Source: a virus (Duplodnaviria > Caudoviricetes). Taken from it: a stretch of DNA of 61,126 bases. The stretch lies in IMG/VR virus record IMGVR_UViG_3300008954_003412, positions 1-61,126 of that record, one strand, 5' to 3'. The notes beneath the pieces were generated by a model. It did no database searches. It was not told the origin of the DNA and worked only from the letters and a program-made list of their open reading frames with translations. Position numbers and translations under genes: made by a program. Shown here one piece after another: positions 1-8,875 of the stretch. The first letter of the stretch is position 1, and the number at the start of each line of letters is the position of its first letter.

Positions 1-492
1 AAATCAGTTGTTGAACTCGGTGTTGCACGGGCTAAAAAAGGTGTTCGAGGCTTAGATCCAGATAGTTTACCTACACCTGATGAGCTTAGACAAAAAAGAG
101 ATGAAGCTATAAAATATATTAAGGAAAAAGCGAAAGAAGCGCAAAAAGCTGCAGAACTCGCGGCTGAGGCAAAGCGCAAGGAAAAGAAGAAGAAGAAGAA
201 GAAGAAGAAGAAGAAGAAAAAGAAAACCACGATGCAGGGGTCGACGGGTGTAGGTGGTAGAGGAGATACCACAGTTACACAAGAACCCACATATGTGCCA
301 GAAGACGAAAAGACTGCGAAAGGCAAAGCTAAAAGAAAAGCAGATCAAGAAGCAGAAGATGAAGCGTATGAAAAAGACTTCGGTTATGATCGGCCGGTCG
401 GTGCTGCCAATGAATCAGTTAATCGTATGGACAACTTACTTGAATCGATCATAGTTAAGAATATAAGCATTGCCAAAAACCTTAAGGAATAA
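1..492 (+). CDS. Hypothetical protein, 5'-truncated by the window edge; charged, with a K14 tract
   Basis: Frame 1 is open from base 1 (KSVVELGVARAKKG...) and continues in frame into the listed ORF 232..492; stop TAA at 490-492. Confidence 0.75.
   Translation, partial: KSVVELGVARAKKGVRGLDPDSLPTPDELRQKRDEAIKYIKEKAKEAQKAAELAAEAKRKEKKKKKKKKKKKKKKTTMQGSTGVGGRGDTTVTQEPTYVPEDEKTAKGKAKRKADQEAEDEAYEKDFGYDRPVGAANESVNRMDNLLESIIVKNISIAKNLKE
184..225 (+). repeat. (AAG)11 trinucleotide tract plus AAA AAG AAA, encoding 14 Lys
   Basis: Read directly at 184-225. Confidence 0.95.
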
Positions 493-495
493 AAA

Positions 496-903
496 ATGAA
501 ATTAAATAAGGCAGGACTTAAAAGTCTAATTTTAGAAGAAATGAATAAGATGAAATCTGAATGTGGTGATATGGGCATGCCTCATGATCATGATATGGAA
601 GATTCACAACCTCAACACTCTTTATTGATGCCCGCCGTGTTGGATTTAGCAGGTGGCTGCCCAATTAAAGCAAAAGTTCTAGTGCAAGGTCTGTTAAGTG
701 ATCTAGAAGGTATGCAACCTGATATGATGGATACTGAAGAAGACATGCCCGTTGACTCTCTACCTAATCCTGCAACCTCTGGTGTTATACCTAGCGGTGA
801 TGAGCTGATGGGTGATGAAATTGCTTATATGGAGCAAAAAAAGCCTACCGGTGTTAAAGGACCAGGACACTCTGTAGGGATCTTTGGGCCGGGTTTTAGA
901 TAA
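496..903 (+). CDS. Hypothetical acidic protein, possibly internal head protein
   Basis: ORF with AAGGA RBS; N-terminus MKLNKAGLKSLILEE. Confidence 0.75.
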   Translation: MKLNKAGLKSLILEEMNKMKSECGDMGMPHDHDMEDSQPQHSLLMPAVLDLAGGCPIKAKVLVQGLLSDLEGMQPDMMDTEEDMPVDSLPNPATSGVIPSGDELMGDEIAYMEQKKPTGVKGPGHSVGIFGPGFR

Positions 904-957
904 AAAATTATACGTTTCGAAAGCACTGAGTAGAAATAAAATAAGAAAGAATGAAAC

Positions 958-1299
958 TTGCGAAAAACAAACTCTTCATCATCTCACAAAAAACAATCTA
1001 AAATTCTTAAGAAAAAGAATAAAGATAAACAGAGAAAGAAGAAGTCTCTGAATCAGAAGATATCTCTGAAACAAATAGAGAAGCAGGCAATCGCAAGCTT
1101 GAATGCTATTGAGAACTTAATTTCTAGTATTCCTTCGACATGTGTACACTGCGATTCAAAATTTGATAGCAAGAATGATGATCATTTAGATAGATGGAAA
1201 ATGTCTATGTCTGACTCTGGTGTTATTTTAGAGTGTGATCAATGTCAAGGTAAAATAACTAAACCAGACGACTTAAATGACCTTATTAAAGAAAATTAG
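958..1299 (+). CDS. Lys-rich protein with C-terminal Zn-ribbon (CxxC...CxxC)
   Basis: CVHC and CDQC pairs; TTG start uncertain. Confidence 0.65.
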   Translation: MRKTNSSSSHKKQSKILKKKNKDKQRKKKSLNQKISLKQIEKQAIASLNAIENLISSIPSTCVHCDSKFDSKNDDHLDRWKMSMSDSGVILECDQCQGKITKPDDLNDLIKEN

Positions 1300-1447
1300 A
1301 GTTGATCCCAAGCAAATTGCATCTGATCTTGAAGATATCAAAAAAGAAATAAAGACTTTAAAATCATCGATCAATTTTCTTTTTAAGTCTGCTGTATTTT
1401 TATCATTTTTGGTATCTTTAAATTTATTTCTTTATTTTTTTATTTGA
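1277..1447 (+). CDS. Small coiled-coil protein with C-terminal transmembrane helix (56 aa, not in ORF track)
   Basis: Manual translation MTLLKKIRVDPKQIASDLEDIKKEIKTLKSSINFLFKSAVFLSFLVSLNLFLYFFI*; fills an otherwise empty gap. Confidence 0.55.
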   Translation: MTLLKKIRVDPKQIASDLEDIKKEIKTLKSSINFLFKSAVFLSFLVSLNLFLYFFI

Positions 1448-1517
1448 AAAATAATCTTATATGCAATTCATAGACATTAATTTTAATACCTCAGACAGTA
1501 TACGAATCAATTGAAAA

Positions 1518-1554
1518 ACTCCTTATTGGTTAATATTTAATGATACCAAGGAGT
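1518..1554 (+). promoter_or_regulatory. RBS-sequestering hairpin with putative late promoter (ATATTTA, 1533-1539) in its loop
   Basis: ACTCC(1518-22)/GGAGT(1550-54) and TTGGT(1526-30)/ACCAA(1545-49) pair and cover the AAGGAG RBS of the 1560 gene. Confidence 0.6.
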
Positions 1555-1559
1555 AATAT

Positions 1560-2015
1560 ATGTCTGAACATGAAAACGCAGTACTTTCAAAACTTATGCA
1601 AATTGAGTCAAAGCTCAATTCTTCGCACGTGCTTAACGGAGGCTTTGAAAAGCTTGTACAAGATGTCCAGCATACAAATTTACAGATATCAGAAATGAAA
1701 AACTCACTTGATGCTATGAATTCTACAATTAACGATCCGGAGTCTGGTGTAAGATCTAGAGTAAGAGATTTAGAGTCAGAATCCCAGAGGCGATGGTCTT
1801 TTGTTCAAGAAGCAAAAGTCAAAATGGAAGAATTCGAAGAGCTTTTAGCATGGAAAAAAGAAGCCGAAGACCAGATCGATATGATATCAGATCACAATCT
1901 TGAACTAGACCGACTCAAGATATGGCAGGCAAACTTTAGCAAGATTCAATGGCTTTTTGGTAGTACAATTGCTGCGCTATTGATTAAGATGATTACGTCA
2001 GCTTTATTACCCTAG
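1560..2015 (+). CDS. Coiled-coil protein with C-terminal TM helix (holin/XhlA-like architecture)
   Basis: AAGGAG RBS; heptad-rich body; hydrophobic C-terminus IQWLFGSTIAALLIKMITSALLP. Confidence 0.7.
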   Translation: MSEHENAVLSKLMQIESKLNSSHVLNGGFEKLVQDVQHTNLQISEMKNSLDAMNSTINDPESGVRSRVRDLESESQRRWSFVQEAKVKMEEFEELLAWKKEAEDQIDMISDHNLELDRLKIWQANFSKIQWLFGSTIAALLIKMITSALLP

Positions 2016-2021
2016 GTTTTT

Positions 2022-3194
2022 ATGAGTACTTTCCGGAAACATAAATCAATTGCAGACAGATCTGCGTCAGATCGTTCCCGTCATAAGCAAAAGATAGAAA
2101 AAGCTCTCAAAGAAGGTATCAAAGATATCGTCGCTGAAGAGTCTATCATCGGCCAAGACGGAAAGAAAAAAATTCGAATTCCAGTCAAAGGAATTAAAGA
2201 ATATCAATTTATCTACGGAGATAATTCTAAAAAAGTAGGATCAGCCCCCGGAAAAGATATTAAACGCGGCCAAAAGATTGCAGAAGACAAAGAAGGTAAA
2301 AAGCCCGGAAACAAACCCGGCGATCAGCCCGGTGAAGAATATTATGATGTAGAGATTACTCTAGAAGAACTAGCTGAGTATTTATTTAATGATCTTGAGC
2401 TTCCAGATCTAGATAAAAAGAAATTTAAATTTCTGTCAGCAGACCAGTATCGAAGAAAAGGAATTAGAACTAAAGGTATTCGACCTCGCCTTTCAAAAAA
2501 AGAAACTCTTAGGCAGAAAATTCGACGAAAGAAAATAGCTCAAAAATCCGGATCATGCATCGAAGAAGAAGATGAAAGATTTCCTTTTCATGAAAATGAC
2601 TTAAGGTACAAGCATTTCAAGCTCAAAGACTCAGAGATATCATCAGCTGCTATATTCTTTATCATGGATATATCAGGTTCAATGAGTACTGCAAAGAAGT
2701 TTATTGCTCGTAGTTTCTTTTTTCTTTTATATCAATTCCTTCGTCACAAATACGAAAATGTTGAAGTAGTATTTATTGCTCATACAACAACAGCAAAAGA
2801 GGTTTCTGAAAACGATTTCTTTACTTTATCCCCATCTGGTGGGACATTTATTTCGCCTGCAATTAATCTAGCTCTTGATATTGTTGAAAAAAGATATCAT
2901 CCGAGCAATTGGAATATCTATTCTTTTCACTGCTCAGACGGTGATAACTGGTCAGAAGATGAGCAAAAAGCACTTGATGCCTCACGAAAATTAAAAAATA
3001 TAAGCCAACTATATTCATTTTGCGAAATTGATCCAAATTCTGAATCTTCGCAATGGCGCCAAGGCGAAAATTCTAGAATGTACGAATTATATGAGTCGCT
3101 AGCTGATAAAAAATTCAAGCTTGTTCATTTGGTTAATTCTAAAGATATTTGGCCATCATTTAAGCGTCTCTTCGGAGGAAGGTTAAATTCATGA
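2022..3194 (+). CDS. yeaH: YeaH/YhbH family (DUF444) vWA-domain protein
   Basis: N-terminal DRSRHKQKI and KIRIPVKGIKEYQF; MIDAS-like MDISGSM; SGGT; HCSDGDNW. Confidence 0.92.
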   Translation: MSTFRKHKSIADRSASDRSRHKQKIEKALKEGIKDIVAEESIIGQDGKKKIRIPVKGIKEYQFIYGDNSKKVGSAPGKDIKRGQKIAEDKEGKKPGNKPGDQPGEEYYDVEITLEELAEYLFNDLELPDLDKKKFKFLSADQYRRKGIRTKGIRPRLSKKETLRQKIRRKKIAQKSGSCIEEEDERFPFHENDLRYKHFKLKDSEISSAAIFFIMDISGSMSTAKKFIARSFFFLLYQFLRHKYENVEVVFIAHTTTAKEVSENDFFTLSPSGGTFISPAINLALDIVEKRYHPSNWNIYSFHCSDGDNWSEDEQKALDASRKLKNISQLYSFCEIDPNSESSQWRQGENSRMYELYESLADKKFKLVHLVNSKDIWPSFKRLFGGRLNS

Positions 3195-4501
3195 GTTGGA
3201 CATTTGATGATCTCACTGGGTGGGATGAAAAAATTGTTAAGATAGCCAAGGCATATAAGCTTGATTGGCACCCAATCGATTATGAGGTATGTGATTATCA
3301 CGACATGATCGGATATATGGCATACACAGGCATGCCGACGCACTATCAGCATTGGTCATACGGAAAATCATTTGAAAGAACACATACCATGTATAACATG
3401 GGAATGGAAGGTCTTCCATATGAGATGATTATTAATTCTAATCCTTCTATTGCTTACCTTATGACAGAGAATGAACTTCCATTGCAAGTCATGATTATGG
3501 CACATTGTGTTGGGCACTCTGATTTCTTTAAAAATAATCGAATGTTTAAGCATACAGATCCTGATAATGTGATTAGTAGATTTCGAAATGCTGCTAAAAG
3601 AATTAAGAAGTATGTTGAAAATCCCAATATTGGAATTAATAATGTTGAAAGAATTATTGATGCATGTCATGCATTAAAATACCACAACTATAGAGAGTTT
3701 GGTATCAAAAGAATGTCGCCAGAAGAGACAAGACAAAAATATGTTGATCTTTACAACAAAGATCCGAAAAAATTGCCAGAAGACTTTGATATAAACAGAG
3801 TTCCGCTAGAGCCCGATTATGATATTCTTGGATTCGTAGCTAGTAATTCCCGAAACCTTGAAGTATGGGAAAGAGATGTAATCAACATAGTCAGAGAAGA
3901 AGCGAGATACTTTATGCCTCAAGCAATGACTAAAATCATGAATGAGGGCTGGGCATCGTTTTGGCATTATAAAATTATGTCAGAAATTACCGACTTACCA
4001 CAGGAATTCCACCTATCGTTTCTCAAGAATCATAATCAGGTCCTTCGTCCAATGGTTGGAAGAATTAATCCTTACCATCTTGGCTTTACTATTTTCAATT
4101 GGATTCATGAAAACAAAGGTCTAGATGAATGCTTCTTAGCTAGAACTGTTCACAATGATGAGTCATTTATTAGAACTTACCTCAATAAAGAAATTTGTGA
4201 AGAACTAAATCTATTTTCATATTCTAAAAAGAAAAAGAAATGGACCATCGATGATATCTCTGATGAAGACGGTTGGAAACAAATTAGAGAAGATTTAATA
4301 AAAACTGTTGGTCTTAATTCGCTACCTAATATTTATATTAAAGAACTAAGAAAAGATTACACGCTTGTATTGGAGCATGAACACGACGGTCGCGACCTAG
4401 ATTTAGATTATGCACATAATGTTTGTGAGCATCTTATCGATCTTTGGGGTGACGACTTTAAATTCTTTACTATTATCGAAGATGAGCCTTTCGAGTTTTA
4501 A
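3191..4501 (+). CDS. spoVR: SpoVR/YcgB family protein
   Basis: GMPTHYQHWSYGK, YEMIINSNPSIAYL, AHCVGHSDFFKNN, TKIMNEGWASFWH, NPYHLGF; ATGA overlap with yeaH. Confidence 0.93.
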   Translation: MSWTFDDLTGWDEKIVKIAKAYKLDWHPIDYEVCDYHDMIGYMAYTGMPTHYQHWSYGKSFERTHTMYNMGMEGLPYEMIINSNPSIAYLMTENELPLQVMIMAHCVGHSDFFKNNRMFKHTDPDNVISRFRNAAKRIKKYVENPNIGINNVERIIDACHALKYHNYREFGIKRMSPEETRQKYVDLYNKDPKKLPEDFDINRVPLEPDYDILGFVASNSRNLEVWERDVINIVREEARYFMPQAMTKIMNEGWASFWHYKIMSEITDLPQEFHLSFLKNHNQVLRPMVGRINPYHLGFTIFNWIHENKGLDECFLARTVHNDESFIRTYLNKEICEELNLFSYSKKKKKWTIDDISDEDGWKQIREDLIKTVGLNSLPNIYIKELRKDYTLVLEHEHDGRDLDLDYAHNVCEHLIDLWGDDFKFFTIIEDEPFEF

Positions 4502-4516
4502 ACTCCTACATATATT

Positions 4517-4526
4517 TGTGTATTAT
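4517..4526 (+). promoter_or_regulatory. Putative extended -10 promoter TGTGTATTAT
   Basis: Same motif recurs in intergenic gaps at 11781 and 39781. Confidence 0.45.
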
Positions 4527-4544
4527 TAACCATAATCGGAGCGA

Positions 4545-6479
4545 TTGATGTCAAAATCAAAATTTGCTGATCTAATCAGCGGTCAAAGAAAAGAGAAAAA
4601 GCAAAAGTCATTCAAGGGTACATTTCTTCAATATCTAGAAGAAGTTGAAAAAAACCCAGGAGCAGCTAGTCTAGCGCATAAACGCCTCTATAGCGTGCTA
4701 GCTAAAGACGGAATTGATGTTTTAGATGAATCTAGTGAAAGATGTAGAACTCTTTTTGATAGTGAGAAAATTAAAGTATATGATTATTTTAAGCCTCACT
4801 TCTTTGGAATGGAAAGATCTTTAGCAAAGATTATGAGATACTTGAAGTCTGCGTCAATGAAAGGCGAAGAGAGTCGACAAGTATTGTTACTCCTTGGCCC
4901 GGTAGGCGCCGGAAAATCTGCGCTAATTGAGCATATTAAGCGTGCGCTCGAATCTGCTCCGCATGTTTACAGCTTAGAAGGTTGCCCAATTAGAGAAGAG
5001 CCTTTACATTTACTGCCACGATCACTTCGTGAAAAATTTGAAGAGCTACTCGGTGTAAAAATTGAAGGCGATCTTTGTCCTGTCTGCCGGCATAGACTTC
5101 TAGAAGAGTTTGATGGAAAATATGAAAAGTTCCCTGTAATTCAAAAATCATTTTCAGTTAGAGGACGCCGCGGAATCGGTGTTGTTCCACCCGTTGATGC
5201 AAATACACAAGATACATCGATACTCATAGGCTCTGAGGATATTTCAAAGCTTGATCTTTATCCAGAGGATGATCCAAGAGTTTTGTCACTTAACGGTGCA
5301 TTCAATGTTGGCAATCGTGGTATTGTAGAGTTTGTTGAGGTCTTTAAGAATGAAATTGAATTCCTTCACACTATGATTACAGCAACGCAAGAAAAGGCAG
5401 TGCCTTCACCCGGAAAAGGGCCAATGATTTATTTCGATGGTGTTATTCTTGCGCACTGCAATGAGGCTGAGTGGAATAAGTTTAAGTCAACCCATACTAA
5501 CGAAGCTATCTTAGATCGTATTGTTCGTGTTAACGTTCCTTATTGTCTTGAACTAGATGAAGAAGTTAAAATCTATAAAAAGATGCTCGGGCTTTCTGAC
5601 TTTGATGCTCACATTGCGCCCCATACCATCGAAGTAGCCTCAATGTTCTCAGTTATGACCCGTCTTAAGCCTTCCGGTAAGGTTGATCCGCTAGTTAAGA
5701 TGAAGATTTATAACGGTGATAATATCATTGAAAAGGGCCGCGTAAAGAAGGTTGACATCAAGGATCTTCGTGAGGAAGTTAGAGATGAAGGAATGACCGG
5801 AATCTCAACAAGATTCATTATGAAGGCAATCGATTCTGCAGTCACAGATTCAGACAGCAATATGGTTACGCCTATTTCTGTAAGGGACTCTCTGATTAAA
5901 CAGGTGAAGGACCAGATCATAGATGAGGAAGCTCGTGAGCGTTACCTTGAGTATCTCCAAAAAACCTTGCACGAGGAATATATGAGAATCCTTGAAAAGG
6001 AAATAACAAAAGCATTTGTTAGCGCGTATGATGAGCAGGCTGAATCATTGTTTGACAATTATCTTGATCATGCTGAAGCATATGTTAACAAGACACGAGT
6101 CAAAGACAGTGTTACTCGTGAAGAAATGGATCCTGATGAGAACTTCATGAAGTCAATTGAAGAAAACATCGGAATCACAGGCTCAGCAAGAGACGGATTC
6201 AGAGCAGATGTTACAACATATATGTTTACTCTCCTTCGCTCCGGAGAAAAGATGAGCTGGAAAGCTTATGGCCCTCTAAAAGAGGCAATTGAGAATAAAT
6301 TGATGGCATCTGTCAAAGATATGTCAAGAATCGTTACTAAATCTAAGTCACGTGATAACAAGCAAAAGAAGAAATATAACGAAATGGTTGAAACGCTTAT
6401 TAATGATTACGGATATAACGAAGATTCTGCAGAAGAAGTAATTAAGTTTGCGGCAAATAACTTGTGGCGCGATAGCTAA
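4545..6479 (+). CDS. prkA: PrkA/YeaG family AAA+ ATPase (annotated as serine kinase)
   Basis: Walker A GPVGAGKS; CPIREEPLHL; GNRGIVEFVEVFK; NEAILDR; EGMTGISTRF. ATG at 4548 is an alternative start. Confidence 0.94.
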   Translation: MMSKSKFADLISGQRKEKKQKSFKGTFLQYLEEVEKNPGAASLAHKRLYSVLAKDGIDVLDESSERCRTLFDSEKIKVYDYFKPHFFGMERSLAKIMRYLKSASMKGEESRQVLLLLGPVGAGKSALIEHIKRALESAPHVYSLEGCPIREEPLHLLPRSLREKFEELLGVKIEGDLCPVCRHRLLEEFDGKYEKFPVIQKSFSVRGRRGIGVVPPVDANTQDTSILIGSEDISKLDLYPEDDPRVLSLNGAFNVGNRGIVEFVEVFKNEIEFLHTMITATQEKAVPSPGKGPMIYFDGVILAHCNEAEWNKFKSTHTNEAILDRIVRVNVPYCLELDEEVKIYKKMLGLSDFDAHIAPHTIEVASMFSVMTRLKPSGKVDPLVKMKIYNGDNIIEKGRVKKVDIKDLREEVRDEGMTGISTRFIMKAIDSAVTDSDSNMVTPISVRDSLIKQVKDQIIDEEARERYLEYLQKTLHEEYMRILEKEITKAFVSAYDEQAESLFDNYLDHAEAYVNKTRVKDSVTREEMDPDENFMKSIEENIGITGSARDGFRADVTTYMFTLLRSGEKMSWKAYGPLKEAIENKLMASVKDMSRIVTKSKSRDNKQKKKYNEMVETLINDYGYNEDSAEEVIKFAANNLWRDS

Positions 6480-6493
6480 AAAAAGATAGGTTT

Positions 6494-7855
6494 ATGAAAT
6501 CTAAGGTTGTCTCTAATGAAAGTTTTACTACTGAGGTAAAGAACTTTCTTCGAAAGATATTAATTTTAATTAACTCACAACAGGCAAAGCAAAAAGTTGC
6601 ATTTTTAATATCAAATTCGCCAAGAACGTCTTCAAGTCCCCTGCTGATGTTGACAACATATCAGCCTGAAAACAGAACTGAAAACATTGTTAAGCAGCTA
6701 ATAATTCAAGAAGCATTTAAGCTAGAAAAGAATCATGCATTTTCAGCCCCTATAATGATAAATTATTTAAAATACTTTTATGAGCTAATGGAACGGCTTG
6801 AAAAGACAAAAACACCACAGAGTAAAATTGACAGCATACTTTCTTGTAAGCTTGATAATCTTTTAGTAGATATTCAAAGCTCACTATCTAGGCCTACAAT
6901 GAAAGATTTGAGTCTGTTTTTTGATAACCAATATGATAAAAAAACAAAATCTTTAATTTTTGAAATCTTAAAATTGGCAGGTCCAGCAGGTAAGATAAAT
7001 TTTAATCATGAAAATATAAATCAGACGATTATCGAATCAAGAATGAAGTATTCATTTGATATAAAGCCTGATGAAAATATTATGATTTTAAATAAGCTTA
7101 AATGGAAGAGGAGTAACGTATCTACTGTTGCAATGGAAAGATTTATTGAAAATGTTTCTGAAATTGATATTATTTTAAACGAGGCATCTAAAAAGAAAAC
7201 CCCTCTTTTGATTTTGTGTCTAGGATATTCTCAAGAAGTTATTTCAACTATAGTTTTGAATAATAAAAGAAAAACATTTGACGTAATGATAGCTACACCC
7301 TGTAAAGACGCAGATGCAATGAATGATCTTACAGATATGACAACTATATTTGGAACTCCATTTCACGGATATCAAACTGGGCCAATCTCATCAATTTTTT
7401 CCCCGGAAGACTTAGATGTAACATGTGAAGAAATTTCAATACTACCTAAAAATATTTTTATTAAAAACAGCAAATCATTTAATGCGGTTCAACAAAGATT
7501 GAAAAGGCTTCAAGATCGCCTAGGCGATCATAATGTTGGCAGTGCTTTGGGTGATAACACTCTAATGGATGATTATTTGCGTCGAAGAATTGAATGCCTA
7601 ACTAGTCATCAAGTAAGAGTCACTCTTCCAGAAGAAAATGCTCAAAAGAAATTTAGCTCTATAGAAAAGATTGATGAAGCTCTCCGAGCTGCTAAATCAA
7701 TAATAAAATATGGAATTATTGATTTTAAAAACAGAGATAACATCGTTGAAAGCGGCGTTTATAACGCAGCTTCTGTTTACCTAGGGATCAAATTTGGTTA
7801 TAAATTATCTAAACAGATACTGTCAATAAAAAATGCAATAATTTTTGACACTTAA
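6494..7855 (+). CDS. Highly divergent GroEL/Cpn60-fold protein lacking the GDGTTT motif
   Basis: Apical-domain-like IENVSEIDIILNEASKKKTPLLILCLGYSQEVISTIVLN; LRRRIECL; KIDEALRAAKSIIKYGII. Confidence 0.7.
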   Translation: MKSKVVSNESFTTEVKNFLRKILILINSQQAKQKVAFLISNSPRTSSSPLLMLTTYQPENRTENIVKQLIIQEAFKLEKNHAFSAPIMINYLKYFYELMERLEKTKTPQSKIDSILSCKLDNLLVDIQSSLSRPTMKDLSLFFDNQYDKKTKSLIFEILKLAGPAGKINFNHENINQTIIESRMKYSFDIKPDENIMILNKLKWKRSNVSTVAMERFIENVSEIDIILNEASKKKTPLLILCLGYSQEVISTIVLNNKRKTFDVMIATPCKDADAMNDLTDMTTIFGTPFHGYQTGPISSIFSPEDLDVTCEEISILPKNIFIKNSKSFNAVQQRLKRLQDRLGDHNVGSALGDNTLMDDYLRRRIECLTSHQVRVTLPEENAQKKFSSIEKIDEALRAAKSIIKYGIIDFKNRDNIVESGVYNAASVYLGIKFGYKLSKQILSIKNAIIFDT

Positions 7856-7867
7856 AAGGAGAAGAAT

Positions 7868-8089
7868 ATGAGTATGCAAAATGATGTTACACATAGCGTT
7901 AAAATGCTAATAGAGGGAATCAAGCCCTTAGTTGAGAAAAATATCAAAACCGCCGTAAGGCAAAATATGCTTACTATTGATGAGCAAAAGATTCCAGGAA
8001 TTTGTAGACTAATAAATGATACCATCGATCAAGGCCTTGTCGAAGGTTCAGATTTACTTATTAATACTTTGAAGCAGTACAGCAAATAG
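7868..8089 (+). CDS. Hypothetical protein
   Basis: AGGAG RBS; in operon. Confidence 0.75.
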   Translation: MSMQNDVTHSVKMLIEGIKPLVEKNIKTAVRQNMLTIDEQKIPGICRLINDTIDQGLVEGSDLLINTLKQYSK

Positions 8090-8096
8090 TTTAAAA

Positions 8097-8567
8097 ATGA
8101 AAAAAGGTATCAAGCATTTAGTGCAATGTCATTGCATTTTACCGCAATTTAGAAATCATGCTAATCCTGTTTTTCATAAGTTTGTAGTATTTTCTATTTT
8201 AGACAATGACAATGTAATTGAAAAACTTGTTCAGTGTCCTAATTGCGGTGTAATACACAAAGTAATAGATGTTTGCAAGAGTGAAGTTTTTATTGGGAAA
8301 GATGAAAACAAGACACTTCCGCTGATTCGCGATATTAAAATGATGTTACCTGAAAATGTAGCAGAGCTTTTAGAGTCTTATTCATGTGATCTACCTATTT
8401 GGGAACATTGTGCGTTCATTTTAGAAGAGTCTCTTTGGGGAGAAAAAGTGAAATTAATTTCAGATACGTCAGATAATGATGTTAGCTCAAAGTTTTTATT
8501 ATTTAAATCTCCCGGGTCTTACTCTGTTTTAACAGAAACAAGTGACAACTTTATAGGAGCAATCTAA
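8097..8567 (+). CDS. Hypothetical Zn-binding protein
   Basis: CHC, CPNC and a further Cys; in operon. Confidence 0.75.
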   Translation: MKKGIKHLVQCHCILPQFRNHANPVFHKFVVFSILDNDNVIEKLVQCPNCGVIHKVIDVCKSEVFIGKDENKTLPLIRDIKMMLPENVAELLESYSCDLPIWEHCAFILEESLWGEKVKLISDTSDNDVSSKFLLFKSPGSYSVLTETSDNFIGAI

Positions 8568-8830
8568 TGGCAGCAAAAAAATACGGAAAAACAAGAGAAG
8601 ATGCATGGGCACTAGATTTGTCAAAGTCTAGACAAATAGTATCAGAAATAATGACATTTGGTGTTAGTCAAAACCAGATTAATCAAATTATCAATCTTTT
8701 GTCTTTAGAATTAGAGAATAGAGATCACATGAATGCTTATAGGGCTATTAGTAAACAAATTGAAGAAGGATCTCCTGTGTCTGAGGCTATGTCTATTAAT
8801 ACTGAGTCAAAAATTATTCTAGATAGCTAA
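8567..8830 (+). CDS. Hypothetical protein
   Basis: TAATG coupling with upstream gene; AGGAG RBS. Confidence 0.75.
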   Translation: MAAKKYGKTREDAWALDLSKSRQIVSEIMTFGVSQNQINQIINLLSLELENRDHMNAYRAISKQIEEGSPVSEAMSINTESKIILDS

Positions 8831-8846
8831 AACTCCGACATCAAGT

Positions 8847-8853
8847 ATATTTA
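8847..8853 (+). promoter_or_regulatory. Putative late promoter ATATTTA
   Basis: Same heptamer as at 1533 and 45868, about 22 nt before the start codon. Confidence 0.4.
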
Positions 8854-8875
8854 CTTTGTAGGCTAGGAATATTAA

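Noticed and set aside
67-348. Minus-strand 93-aa ORF with poly-Leu
   Set aside because: Antisense shadow of the (AAG)n Lys tract in the plus-strand gene.
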